Below, in pieces: positions 18,312-28,450 of a stretch of DNA of 64,000 nucleotides. Source of the DNA: Methanobacteriota archaeon (GTDB taxonomy: Archaea; Thermoplasmatota; Poseidoniia; Poseidoniales; Poseidoniaceae); assembly GCA_038104845.1 (NCBI GenBank), contig JAYOBJ010000004.1, positions 14,129 through 78,128 of the forward strand, written 5' to 3'. A model generated the notes under the pieces. That model had not been told where the DNA came from. It ran no database searches and worked only from the letters and a program-made list of their open reading frames with translations. A program made the position numbers and the translations under genes. Positions within the stretch are counted from its first letter, which is position 1. The number at the start of each line of letters is the position of its first letter.

Positions 18312-20351
18312 TCAGCGTTGGCGCGGTTTCAGGGCGTCGATGAGGTTGCGCACCGCATCGGCCGTGACCATGACGGCGTCACCAGCAAGGGTCCCGCCCT
18401 TGGGCAGCGTCCGCGTGGCCAGCCAGATGAACACGGCCACAAACCATCCGAAAAACAACAGCGAGAGGGTGTTGTTGAGGGTGACGACACCGAAGATGTC
18501 GGGAAGGTCGACCTTCATCACGATCAGCACAGCGATGAGCACGCCCATGATGGACTCACCAGCGATGAATCCTGCCCCGATGAGCACACCGCGACTTTCC
18601 ACTTCTTTGGCTGCTGCTTGCGCCCGCTCACTGGGCACATCTCGCAGCACGCCATCGGTGCGAAGGTGAGCGCTGCGCAACAGCACGTGCGAGATGACAC
18701 CGCCTGCCATGATGGGGACGGAGAGCCCGAGCGGCAGGTAGATCCCAATAGCGACGCTCATCACGGGCATCTTGAGTCGAATCAAGGTCACAGCAATCAC
18801 AGCCCCAAGGACGACCATCTGCAGGTTGAGTTCGCCCCCAAAAGCACCTTGAACAATGGCGCCGATGAGTTCGGCTTGCGGTGCGAAAAGGGCTTTGGAA
18901 CAGGTTGGGTCGGCGTCGAGCGGGTTCATTTCACAAGCCGTGAGGGAAATTCGGAACGCGTTGTGCAGCAACGAGAGCACCGGGCCGATGACGATGGCAC
19001 CGGTGACAACACCGATGATTTCGGCCACCTGTTGTCGCTTCGGCGTGGCGCCCAGCATGTGGCCGGTTTTCAGGTCCTGCATCACATCGCCGGCAATTGC
19101 AGCACTGGACGCCACGATCGCGGCGATGAGCAGGGTGGCGTACATCAAATCGGTCATCGCCATGTCGAGCAGCAGGTCGCCGACCACCCACACCAACCCC
19201 ACCGTGAACAGCAGCGTGGCGATGGTCATGCCCGACACGGGGGAGTTGGAGGAGCCAACCACGCCTGCGATGTAACCGGCGACGGCCGCAAAAAAGAACG
19301 CGACAAAGGCGAGGAAGAGCGCTCCGGCGAGGGCCAGCACCAAGGATCCGGTTGCCCACCAATAAAAGAGGAATGTCAACAACACCAACACGCCGCACAC
19401 CGCAAACACGCCCCGCATGGGCAGGTCCTGTTCAGTTCGTGGCAGTTCATTCGCATCAGCGTCCGTACGGACAAGGGCTTTGGACAGCCCCTTGATGATC
19501 GTCGTTCGCATTGACCACAGCGTGTAAACACCGCCCACCACCATGGCGCCGACGCCGACGTACCTCACTTCTGCGGCCCAAATGCCGTAGAACCCATCCA
19601 CCATTGAGTCGGTGGCCGGCCAACCGTAGATGAGGCCGTACATGGGCACCAGCAGACCGAATCCGAGGACGCCGCCAAGGAAGATGAACGAAGCGATCCG
19701 GATGCCGACGATGTAGCCGACGGACAGGAGTGCAATGGACAGGTCCATGCCCGCATACAAACGGGTGGACATGAAATTCACGGCTCCTTCCACGGTGTGG
19801 TGCGTCACTTCGAACCCTTTCACCATCAAACCGTAGATGCCACCGATGGCCAGGGCATACAGGATGGCCATGGCTCCATCACCACCTTCCTCGCCAGCCA
19901 CCAACACTTCCCTGCACGCCACGCCTTCGGGGTAGGGCAGGGCTTCTTCGACGATGAACAACCGACGCAGGGCGATCGTGAACATGGTGCCGAGCAACCC
20001 CCCGAGCATGGCGATGATCAGGGTTTCCAACCATTGGATTTCGCCCCAAATGCCCATGACCAGCAACGCAGGGACCGTGAAGATCACACCAGCAGCGAGC
20101 GATTCACCGGCGGACGCCATGGTCTGGACGGCGTTGTTTTCGAGGATGGAGACGTCCTTAAACAGTGAGCGAAGGATGATCATGGACATGACCGCAGCCG
20201 GAATGCTGGCCGAAACCGTCATGCCAGCGTACAGGCCCAAGTATGCATTGGCCGCTGTCATCAGAACGCCGAGGACGATGCCAACGATGACCACACGCAA
20301 CGTCAATTCCATGGGCGATTCGCCTGCTGGAATGTACGGTTGGCCGTCCAT
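18312..20351 (-). CDS. OPT-family oligopeptide transporter
   Basis: About 680 aa, polytopic, with conserved OPT blocks. Start at ATG (MDGQPY); a TTG 7 codons upstream at 20372 is possible. Confidence 0.8.
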   Translation of the reverse strand: MDGQPYIPAGESPMELTLRVVIVGIVLGVLMTAANAYLGLYAGMTVSASIPAAVMSMIILRSLFKDVSILENNAVQTMASAGESLAAGVIFTVPALLVMGIWGEIQWLETLIIAMLGGLLGTMFTIALRRLFIVEEALPYPEGVACREVLVAGEEGGDGAMAILYALAIGGIYGLMVKGFEVTHHTVEGAVNFMSTRLYAGMDLSIALLSVGYIVGIRIASFIFLGGVLGFGLLVPMYGLIYGWPATDSMVDGFYGIWAAEVRYVGVGAMVVGGVYTLWSMRTTIIKGLSKALVRTDADANELPRTEQDLPMRGVFAVCGVLVLLTFLFYWWATGSLVLALAGALFLAFVAFFFAAVAGYIAGVVGSSNSPVSGMTIATLLFTVGLVWVVGDLLLDMAMTDLMYATLLIAAIVASSAAIAGDVMQDLKTGHMLGATPKRQQVAEIIGVVTGAIVIGPVLSLLHNAFRISLTACEMNPLDADPTCSKALFAPQAELIGAIVQGAFGGELNLQMVVLGAVIAVTLIRLKMPVMSVAIGIYLPLGLSVPIMAGGVISHVLLRSAHLRTDGVLRDVPSERAQAAAKEVESRGVLIGAGFIAGESIMGVLIAVLIVMKVDLPDIFGVVTLNNTLSLLFFGWFVAVFIWLATRTLPKGGTLAGDAVMVTADAVRNLIDALKPRQR

Positions 20352-20490
20352 GAATCGCCCCAAACGGTCCAAGTAGGTATAGCCACCGCCGTTCGCTGTT
20401 TGACCGTTGAATTGGATGGGGTTTTGTCCATCAATCTAATATGGAGAAAGAAATTCCGACAGGGAAAGACCTCTTGGTCTTCGTGGGTGA

Positions 20491-23376
20491 TTGACCGTGG
20501 CGAACCATTGGCACAGCATGACCGCCGACGAGTGCCTGAACACCCAGGGCACTTCACCGAACGGGTTGTCGCCCGATGAGGTCCTCCAACGACGAGCTCA
20601 ATTTGGTGAGAACAAACTTGCCGAACCTGAAAAAACACCGGCGTGGCTCCGGTTCATCTCACAGTACAACGATCCGCTGAATTTCCTCCTCATAGGTGCT
20701 GCCCTGGTGGCCCTGCTCATCAATCCGGACCATCCCGGTGATGCCATCTTCATTTTCATCGTGCTGACGGCCAACGCATTTTTTGGATTTTGGCAGGAAG
20801 GTCAAGCGGAAATTGCCATGGAATCGCTCAAAAAACTGTCCATTTCACAATGCGTCGTCATCCGAGGTGACTTTGAAAACGAAGTGCCCACGGTGGATCT
20901 TGTCCCCGGTGACATCGTACGACTCGAGACCGGCCTGAACATTCCTGCCGATGTACGCATCATCGGTGACCAACAACTCAGCATCGATGAATCGGCATTG
21001 ACCGGTGAATCGTTGACGGTGTCCAAATCGGTGGGGGAATGTTCCGACGAAACCCTGCTGGCCGACCGCTTCAACATGGCGTACATGGGAACGACCGTCG
21101 CCACGGGACGCGGTTTGGGATTGGTGGTCGACACCGGGATGTCAACCGAGCTCGGACGAATCGCCAAGGACATCGCCGACGCCGAGACACCCAAGACCCC
21201 CCTTGAACTGAAACTGGAAAGTTTGGGACGTTTCCTCGGATTCATTGCCCTGGTCGTTGCCGTGTTGCTCGTTTCGTTGCAGATGATCATCGCATACGGG
21301 ACGCCAGGTGCCAACCTGCGGGACGCTGCCATTGAGCAATTCATCATCGCCATCGCCATTTTTGTCGCCATTGTTCCTGAGGGGTTGCCCATCATTCTCG
21401 TCATCACGCTCTCGCTTGGCATGCGAAACATGGCTCGCCACCGTGCCATCATCCGTCGGATGAAGGCGGTGGAGACCCTCGGTTCAACCACAGTTATTTG
21501 CTCCGACAAAACCGGAACGCTGACCAAGAATCAGATGACTGTACGCTCGTTGATGACGCTGAACGACGAATTTGGTTTCTCTGGCGAGGGGTTCAAGCCT
21601 CAGGGAGAGTTGACCCGCAATGGCGAGGCACTGGGCGATGATGAGCTCAAAGAACAGCAACAAAACCTGCTCCACCGTCTCATTGGGGCCAATTTGGCGC
21701 TCTGTCACAACTCCACCATCGCAAAAGCTGACGGGCATTGGCAAGCCATCGGTGACCCAACCGATTCAGCATGCGCCGTTGCTGGTTGGAAAATCAACGG
21801 CGACGTGAAGAAATTCTCGCACCGACACCCTCGCCTCAATGAATTCTTCTTTGATTCCACCCGAAAACGGATGAGTGTTGTCCACGAGTACGAGGGAGAG
21901 CGATGGGTGTTTTCCAAAGGCAGCCTCGGTGGTTATGAGGGGTTGGCGACCAGCAAAATCATCGGCAACATTGTGGCCCCCCTCGAACCCAGCGATTGGG
22001 CCACCGTGCTTGAACAAAACAACACGATGGGTTCGCAAGCGATGCGCGTCATCGCCATCCTGGCCAAGAAATTGGAACCCAATGCCGACGAAACGGACAT
22101 CAAGGTGGTCGAAAGCGATCTCACGTTCCTTGGGCTGGTGGGCATCATGGACCCGCCCCGTCCTGAGGTCAAAGATGCCATCGAAACCTGTCAGCGGGCT
22201 GGCATCAAAGTCAAGATGATCACCGGCGACCAAGCCATGACCGCTGCCGCCATTGGGGCTGAACTCCACATCGAATCCGGTCAACAACCTGCCATCGATG
22301 GGAACATGTTGGCCACCATGGACAGCGATGCGCTCGAAGCGGTGGCCCAGGATGTGTCCATCTATGCCCGGGTGACACCCGATCAGAAAATGAACATCGT
22401 GGCTGCGCTTCAGGCGCGAGGTGAAATTGTGGCCATGACAGGTGACGGAGTCAACGATGCACCCGCGCTTTCCCGTGCGAACATTGGCATCGCCATGGGC
22501 ATTGCTGGCACCGATGTGGCGAAGGATGCCGCCGACATGGTGCTGCAGGATGACAACTTCGCCAACATCGTTCATGCGGTGGAAGAAGGGCGTAAAATTT
22601 ACCAAAACATACGCAACTTTGTTCGTTATCAGGTGTCGACCAACGTGGCGGCCGTGGCCTTGATCATTGTGTCGACGTTCGTGTTTGGTTGGTCCCTGCC
22701 GTTGACGGCCACGCAGATTTTGGTCATCAACATTCTGATGGACGGGCCACCTGCGGTCGCCCTTGGTGTGGAAAAAGAACACGGCAACGTGATGGAACGT
22801 CCACCGCGACCGGTTGAAGAAAACCTGCCCAACGGCAAAGACATCTCACTTATTTTCTACCTCGGTGCCGTCATGGTGACCGGCACGCTGGCGGTGTTTT
22901 TCCTCGCCGGTGGCGGATTGGCACAGTGCGACATTCTGCCAACGGAAACAACCACCACAGCCTTCGACGTAGAGGCATGCAAAGCCGGCGACGAAGCGGC
23001 GATTCAGGCTTGGCAGGCGTACGCTGACGGCCATTTCGAGCATGCACAAACCATGGCGTTTGCCGTGTTCATCGTGTTCCAATTGTTCAACGTGATCAAC
23101 TGCAGGTCCAACGATCAAAGTGTTTTCGAACTCGGGTTGTTCTCCAACAAGGCCATCAACTATGCGTTGTTGATTTCGTCTGGACTGCTGCTCTTCTTTG
23201 TCCAACTCGCCGAGTCGACGATCCCCTTGACCAGCATACAAATCGGTTCGTTGCTGTCCACGACCTCGATCACGCTGAGTGATTGGGCGATTGTTGTGCT
23301 CGTCGCATCGGGTGTGTTCATCATCGAGGAATTCCGAAAGCTGTTGGTGAAATCGAATTTGTTCAGCGTACGATGA
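20491..23376 (+). CDS. P-type ATPase, type II (SERCA/PMCA-like Ca2+ or cation pump)
   Basis: DKTGTLT phosphorylation site, PEGLP (TM4), TGD, GDGVNDAPAL, and an N-terminal GLSPDEVLQRRAQFGENKL actuator lead-in. TTG start; an ATG lies 9 codons in. Confidence 0.9.
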   Translation: MTVANHWHSMTADECLNTQGTSPNGLSPDEVLQRRAQFGENKLAEPEKTPAWLRFISQYNDPLNFLLIGAALVALLINPDHPGDAIFIFIVLTANAFFGFWQEGQAEIAMESLKKLSISQCVVIRGDFENEVPTVDLVPGDIVRLETGLNIPADVRIIGDQQLSIDESALTGESLTVSKSVGECSDETLLADRFNMAYMGTTVATGRGLGLVVDTGMSTELGRIAKDIADAETPKTPLELKLESLGRFLGFIALVVAVLLVSLQMIIAYGTPGANLRDAAIEQFIIAIAIFVAIVPEGLPIILVITLSLGMRNMARHRAIIRRMKAVETLGSTTVICSDKTGTLTKNQMTVRSLMTLNDEFGFSGEGFKPQGELTRNGEALGDDELKEQQQNLLHRLIGANLALCHNSTIAKADGHWQAIGDPTDSACAVAGWKINGDVKKFSHRHPRLNEFFFDSTRKRMSVVHEYEGERWVFSKGSLGGYEGLATSKIIGNIVAPLEPSDWATVLEQNNTMGSQAMRVIAILAKKLEPNADETDIKVVESDLTFLGLVGIMDPPRPEVKDAIETCQRAGIKVKMITGDQAMTAAAIGAELHIESGQQPAIDGNMLATMDSDALEAVAQDVSIYARVTPDQKMNIVAALQARGEIVAMTGDGVNDAPALSRANIGIAMGIAGTDVAKDAADMVLQDDNFANIVHAVEEGRKIYQNIRNFVRYQVSTNVAAVALIIVSTFVFGWSLPLTATQILVINILMDGPPAVALGVEKEHGNVMERPPRPVEENLPNGKDISLIFYLGAVMVTGTLAVFFLAGGGLAQCDILPTETTTTAFDVEACKAGDEAAIQAWQAYADGHFEHAQTMAFAVFIVFQLFNVINCRSNDQSVFELGLFSNKAINYALLISSGLLLFFVQLAESTIPLTSIQIGSLLSTTSITLSDWAIVVLVASGVFIIEEFRKLLVKSNLFSVR

Positions 23377-23382
23377 ACACGG

Positions 23383-24621
23383 ATGGAAGCACACCTTCTT
23401 GAAGCGAAAGCGGAACAGACAGACATGGTTGCGAACGCGTTGGCTGGGGCTCACCCAGAGTGGCCGGTTCGGCTCGCCACATCCCTCCGTCAAGAGTCAT
23501 GGTCCACCACTCTGCAACCGATCGTTGAAAAATTAAGCCAAAACATCCCGCTTTCCGTTGATGATGGTTTGTTGTTGTACCGCCACCCCGACCTTCATGA
23601 AGTGGGCCGCCTCGCCCACCATGCTCGGCGCGCTCGGTTTGGCTTGCGCACGTTCTTCAACGCGAACGTTCACATCAACCAAACGAACGTCTGTGTGCTG
23701 GCTTGCAAGTTCTGTGCGTTTCGTCGGGGTCCAAAAGCGAAGGACGCCTATGCCATGGAGGTTCAGGAGTACATCGATGATGTGAGCCAGTACGCCGCCC
23801 ACGTTGACGAAGTTCACTCCGTCGGTGGCTTGCACCCTGACTGGGATGTCGACCACTACGTGGCCATGTTTGAAGGGGTGCGGGCCCTTCACCCCCATTT
23901 GAGCCTCAAAGCGCTCACGGCGGTGGAGATCAAACACCTCGCTCAACAATCGGACCTTTCGACCAAAGATGTTCTTCAACGACTGAAAAACGCCGGCCTC
24001 ACCTCGTTGCCGGGCGGCGGTGCGGAGATTCTCGATGACGATGTGCGTGCCCACATCTGCAACGGCAAGGAAAGCTCAGAGGAATACCTCCGAATTCATC
24101 AGGAGGCCCATGAAATCGGTCTTCCATCGAACTGCACGATGTTGTTTGGCACGGTGGAATCGCTTGAGCAGCGGTTGCATCACATGATGGCCCTGCGAGC
24201 GTTGCAATCACGTACCGGTGGGTTCCAATGTTTCGTTCCCTATCCATTCCTACCCGATGCCTCCCGTCTCCCCGAAGCACAATTGGCCACCGCCGCTGAA
24301 GTGGTTCGCACCATCGCCGTGTCCAGGCTGATGCTGAACAACATCCCCCACATCAAAGCCTACCGAATGAACATCGGTGACCATTTGGCAGAACTGGCGC
24401 TGCAATACGGCGCCGACGACATCGACGGGACGGTCCAAAAAGAATCCATCATGCACCTTGCCGGTTCAACAACGCCCTTGGATCACGACCGAAACAACCT
24501 GGCACGGTTGATTCGAGACGCCGGAGGTGAACCCATTCAACGCAACACGGTCTACACCCGTTTCGCTCCCTACGTGCCCGTGGAGGTGCCGCCACGAACA
24601 TCGTTGCCCATGGCGTCTTGA
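23383..24621 (+). CDS. mqnC/E: radical-SAM menaquinone (futalosine pathway) enzyme, MqnC/MqnE family
   Basis: CVLACKFCAF radical-SAM cluster motif in the MqnC/MqnE-type TIM-barrel context. MqnC and MqnE cannot be told apart by eye. Confidence 0.8.
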   Translation: MEAHLLEAKAEQTDMVANALAGAHPEWPVRLATSLRQESWSTTLQPIVEKLSQNIPLSVDDGLLLYRHPDLHEVGRLAHHARRARFGLRTFFNANVHINQTNVCVLACKFCAFRRGPKAKDAYAMEVQEYIDDVSQYAAHVDEVHSVGGLHPDWDVDHYVAMFEGVRALHPHLSLKALTAVEIKHLAQQSDLSTKDVLQRLKNAGLTSLPGGGAEILDDDVRAHICNGKESSEEYLRIHQEAHEIGLPSNCTMLFGTVESLEQRLHHMMALRALQSRTGGFQCFVPYPFLPDASRLPEAQLATAAEVVRTIAVSRLMLNNIPHIKAYRMNIGDHLAELALQYGADDIDGTVQKESIMHLAGSTTPLDHDRNNLARLIRDAGGEPIQRNTVYTRFAPYVPVEVPPRTSLPMAS

Positions 24622-24633
24622 GGTGAACCGTTC

Positions 24634-25425
24634 ATGTCGACTTGGTCAACGACTCTGGGCCGTGTGGCCTTCATCAACTGCGATCCTTTGTTCCACGATT
24701 TGGACGCCTCATGGAACGTCCTCGCCGCGCCACCGGCATGGTTGACCGGCCATGTGTTGCGCAGGGATTGCATCATCGCACCCGTTCCTGCCGCCGACTA
24801 CGCCAAGCATCAGGATGAATTGGTGCTCCTCCCTGACATTGGCATCGGATCGGAAGGTGAGGTGGGCAGCGTGCTGTTGTTTGGTGCCCAGCCCATCGAA
24901 TCGATGAACACCATTGCGCTGCCTTCGGACTCCGCATCGTCGGTGGCCTTGCTCAAGCACCTCTTGAAAACCCAAGGCCTTCCCATGAACTACATCACCA
25001 CCGGCCCCGATTACGAACTCATGCTGGGCCGTGCTGATGGCGCGCTGCTCATCGGTGATCGGGCGCTGGAGGTCGCCAAAGCGTTCCCCGATATGGTCCG
25101 TATGGACTTGGGTCAGGCGTGGTTGGACCGGCACGACCTGCCCATGATTTTTGGCGTCTTCGTGGCTCGAAAGGACACGCCGTTGCACCTCGTTCAAGCC
25201 GCCCATCAAGCCCTTTTGACCAACCTTGAGGGGTTTGAGTCGGATTCGGCAAAGCGTCATGCGGTGATTGAGTGGTCAATGACGCGGTCGGACCTCGCCT
25301 ACGACCGACTTGACCAGTATTACGGCGAGGTGTTCAATCGGTTGAATTCTCACCACGTGAAGGGACTCAAAACCTTCCTGCGTGAGGCGTGTGGTTTGAA
25401 GGACGAACCCGAGTTTGCATGGTGA
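24634..25425 (+). CDS. mqnA: chorismate dehydratase MqnA
   Basis: VAFINCDPLFHDL (YLN..PL-type) and periplasmic-binding-protein-like fold typical of MqnA. Confidence 0.8.
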   Translation: MSTWSTTLGRVAFINCDPLFHDLDASWNVLAAPPAWLTGHVLRRDCIIAPVPAADYAKHQDELVLLPDIGIGSEGEVGSVLLFGAQPIESMNTIALPSDSASSVALLKHLLKTQGLPMNYITTGPDYELMLGRADGALLIGDRALEVAKAFPDMVRMDLGQAWLDRHDLPMIFGVFVARKDTPLHLVQAAHQALLTNLEGFESDSAKRHAVIEWSMTRSDLAYDRLDQYYGEVFNRLNSHHVKGLKTFLREACGLKDEPEFAW

Positions 25426-25434
25426 TGGAAACGG

Positions 25435-26346
25435 TTGGTTCATGAAGGTCGGTTCGGTGGACAAATTATGGTCGTGGAACTCCCATTGGATAAGGCTGGA
25501 AACAAAATTGTTCGGATCGGTCACAGCCCAGACCCGGACGATGCGTTCATGTTTCATGCCATGACGACGGGTGCCTTCCCAACACCGGGCTACACCTTTG
25601 TTCACGAACTTCAAGACATTGAGACCTTGAACCACCGTGCCATGAATCAAGATCTCGAGGTGTCGGCCGTGTCCATTCACGCCTACCCCGACATTGCCGA
25701 ACACTATGCGCTCATGAACTGCGGCGCCTCCATGGGAGAGGGTTATGGCCCCATGATCGTGTGCAAACAGGGCGTCACGGAAACCGAAGCCCGTGCAGGC
25801 ACCATCGCCGTTCCCGGGCTCAAAACCAGTGCCTACCTCGGTTTGCGCCTGGCTTGGGGCGACTGCACGGTTGAGGTGGTGCCGTTTGACGAGATCATTC
25901 CACGCATCCTTGACGACACCTACCTTTCGGGTTTGATCATTCACGAAGGTCAACTGACGTATGTGGATCACGACTTGGATGTTCTCATTGACCTTGGGAA
26001 GTGGTGGAACAATTCGACCGACAACTGGCCCATGCCATTGGGCGGCAACGTGGTTCGCCGGGACCTTGGCGATGAAGTGATGGAAGACATCACACGTTAC
26101 ACCAAAATGAGCATCGAACACGCCATCCAATCTCCCGACAAAGCGCTTGAATTTGCCAAAGCCTGGGGGCGTGGCATCGACGACAACACCAACCGTGAAT
26201 TCGTCGGTATGTATGTGAACGACCGCACCATCGACTACCGTGATGAAGGCCGCGCTTCCATTCGAAAGTTCATCAACGACGGCCAAGCCATCGGCATGAT
26301 TCGCCCCGATTTCGATGTTCAAACCATTGACTTCATCGGCGCATGA
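25435..26346 (+). CDS. mqnD: 1,4-dihydroxy-6-naphthoate synthase MqnD
   Basis: IGHSPDPDDAFMFHAM hallmark of the MqnA/MqnD fold; length and C-terminal half fit MqnD. The true start may be the internal ATG (MVVELPL, about 25468). Confidence 0.8.
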   Translation: MVHEGRFGGQIMVVELPLDKAGNKIVRIGHSPDPDDAFMFHAMTTGAFPTPGYTFVHELQDIETLNHRAMNQDLEVSAVSIHAYPDIAEHYALMNCGASMGEGYGPMIVCKQGVTETEARAGTIAVPGLKTSAYLGLRLAWGDCTVEVVPFDEIIPRILDDTYLSGLIIHEGQLTYVDHDLDVLIDLGKWWNNSTDNWPMPLGGNVVRRDLGDEVMEDITRYTKMSIEHAIQSPDKALEFAKAWGRGIDDNTNREFVGMYVNDRTIDYRDEGRASIRKFINDGQAIGMIRPDFDVQTIDFIGA

Positions 26347-26355
26347 GGTGACGAC

Positions 26356-26841
26356 ATGGCCAACACACCGATGCCACAAGTGAGCCAATACGGATCGGTG
26401 GACCCCGCTCCACCCCAGCCGAATGGCGACGTGCAAGCTTGGCGTACTGCGCTGCTCGACGAATCCTCACCCATGTTTCAGCGCATGCGAGCGGTGTTCT
26501 CCCTGCGAAACCAGCGTACGGATGAAGCATGTCTGGCCTTGTGCGACGGATTTGTGGCATCCAGCGCCCTGCTTCGACATGAAATTGCGTACGTCCTCGG
26601 TCAAATGCAAAACAACGTTGCCCTGCCCTCCCTCATCGAGCGGCTTGAGGATGCGGACGAACACGTGATGGTGCGCCATGAAGCAGCTGAAGCCATGGGT
26701 GCCATCGGTGATGTTTCCATCGTTCCTGTGTTGAAAAAGCACGCTCAAGACCCGTTGCCCGAAGTCTCGGAATCGTGCGATGTTGCTCTTGATTTGTTGA
26801 AGTGGGTTGCCAGTGCAGAATTTGAAAACACCGATTGGTGA
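26356..26841 (+). CDS. half-size deoxyhypusine-hydroxylase-like HEAT-repeat protein (two HE motifs)
   Basis: SVDPAPP...ALLDESSPMFQRMRAVFSLRN...ALLRHEIAYVLGQMQ...HVMVRHEAAEAMGAIGD...ESCDVALDLL tracks, from memory, the C-terminal half of eukaryotic DOHH, including both His-Glu iron-ligand motifs. Confidence 0.7.
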   Translation: MANTPMPQVSQYGSVDPAPPQPNGDVQAWRTALLDESSPMFQRMRAVFSLRNQRTDEACLALCDGFVASSALLRHEIAYVLGQMQNNVALPSLIERLEDADEHVMVRHEAAEAMGAIGDVSIVPVLKKHAQDPLPEVSESCDVALDLLKWVASAEFENTDW

Positions 26842-26901
26842 AGAAACACCTCCCTCAAGTTCAAAGACTCAGGCCAGCACGGAAAAACAGGAAGGGTTTG
26901 C

Positions 26902-27111
26902 ATGCCGCACGAACACGTCCAACTCGCTCAAGCCCCCAACGGTGAACTCGGCCCTCGTTGCCACACCTGCGGCACCCGACTCACGTTTGGAAACGCCATG
27001 GTGGTGGACAAGCACTACATGTGTTGGGACCACTACGTGGAAGCCACCGGTGCCGATACGGTCACCAAGGTGTCGACCGCAGATGAACGCTTTTGGATGA
27101 AGCAGGACTAA
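26902..27111 (+). CDS. small Cys/His zinc-finger protein
   Basis: 69-aa ORF with CHTCG...CWDH. Coding status uncertain. Confidence 0.35.
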   Translation: MPHEHVQLAQAPNGELGPRCHTCGTRLTFGNAMVVDKHYMCWDHYVEATGADTVTKVSTADERFWMKQD

Positions 27112-27161
27112 TCGGACGGTTCATGTAGCCTCGTCGGACCTTTCCCGATGAGGCGGCCACA

Positions 27162-28364
27162 TTGTCGACAGGTTGGGCGAGGTTTGCGCACCGGTTCAGC
27201 CAGTACTACCGCCATGCAGACTTGTGGTCACCGCCCAGGGTTCGAACGCGAGAATGGATGTTCATCCCGTTCGGAGGTGCTCCCCCTTTGCGACACAAGG
27301 CGTTTTCGAGCGTCAACGATGTTCGCACCTTCCTCAGTGAGCGTGCCATGCACTCGTGCTTCTATTCAACAGCGTATTGGAAACGCCCCTATGAGATGAA
27401 GATGGCCGACAAAGGTTGGCAAGGTGCTGACTTAATCTTTGATCTGGACGGTGACCACCTTCCTGGTGTCACCGATCGTGATTTCCCGGCCATGCTTGAG
27501 GTGATTCAAGAACAGGCGTGGACGCTTTGGAACGATTTCCTCCAACCCGAATTTGGTTTTGATGAGCGTCACCTCCAAGTCACGTTTTCGGGTCATCGTG
27601 GGTTCCACCTTCATTACCGCGATCCCAAGTTTTTCCACCTCGATTCAGAAGCCCGCCGTGAATTGGTGGCTCACATCCGTGGCGAAGGTGTGGATGTCCA
27701 AGGGGGGCTTGCACGATTCAAGGACGCCGACGCGCAGGGCTGGACCCGTCGGCTTCGGTCAGGCATGGAAGACATGGTGGCGACCTTGACCAACATCAAC
27801 CGCGGGGTAGATGGAGCATCCACTGAACTGAGGCGTTTGGAAGCGTCGCTGAAGGAACTCCAGGAGCGGGAGGGCAAGACCTCGCAGACCACCGCAGATT
27901 CCATTCGGAAATTGGCAGCTTTGATCGACCACCCTGACCGAACCAAGCGGTTGATGGAGGGTCGGTTCGATCTGTTGTCCAATTACCAAGCGTTGTTCTT
28001 GAATTTGCTCAAATCCGATGCATCGGTGGTGCTTGGTTCTGCTGGTGAAACCGACGAAGTCGTGACCATTGACGTGCGACGTCAAATTCGTTGGCCCACC
28101 TCGCTGCATGGAAAATCAGGGATGCGAGTGACGGAGTTTCCCCTTGAACGTTTGGATCCCGACAAAACCACGGCGTTCAACCCGTTGAAAGAAGCGTTTG
28201 TTCTGGGGCTTGACGAAGAGGTGGAAGTGGAGTTCACCGTTGACGATGCCGTAGCGCAATTCGGTGACCGTCGCATTGAAACCAAAGCCGGCGACCGCAT
28301 CCGTACGCATGAATCGGGTGCCACGTTTTTGGTGATGAAAGGTTGGGCCAACATCGTGTCCTGA
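27162..28364 (+). CDS. priS: DNA primase small (catalytic) subunit PriS
   Basis: FSQYY, HSCFYSTAYW, catalytic DLIFDLDGDH and SGHRGFHLH motifs of archaeo-eukaryotic primase. TTG start is the first in-frame start after a stop. Confidence 0.8.
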   Translation: MSTGWARFAHRFSQYYRHADLWSPPRVRTREWMFIPFGGAPPLRHKAFSSVNDVRTFLSERAMHSCFYSTAYWKRPYEMKMADKGWQGADLIFDLDGDHLPGVTDRDFPAMLEVIQEQAWTLWNDFLQPEFGFDERHLQVTFSGHRGFHLHYRDPKFFHLDSEARRELVAHIRGEGVDVQGGLARFKDADAQGWTRRLRSGMEDMVATLTNINRGVDGASTELRRLEASLKELQEREGKTSQTTADSIRKLAALIDHPDRTKRLMEGRFDLLSNYQALFLNLLKSDASVVLGSAGETDEVVTIDVRRQIRWPTSLHGKSGMRVTEFPLERLDPDKTTAFNPLKEAFVLGLDEEVEVEFTVDDAVAQFGDRRIETKAGDRIRTHESGATFLVMKGWANIVS

Positions 28365-28450
28365 CATTAGACACTGAAACGACGGACCGTGACCTCGGAT
28401 GAGGGAAGGTTCAAGGCTGGCTTGCCCTCCCTCCAAACGAGGTGCGTGAG

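Noticed and set aside
18270-19514. 414-aa plus-strand ORF (His/Asp/Gly-rich) opposite the OPT transporter
   Set aside because: Low-complexity antisense translation of a membrane-protein gene. The OPT frame has conserved TM blocks.
21766-22782. 338-aa minus-strand ORF within the P-type ATPase gene
   Set aside because: Antisense shadow. The ATPase frame carries DKTGTLT/GDGVNDAPAL.
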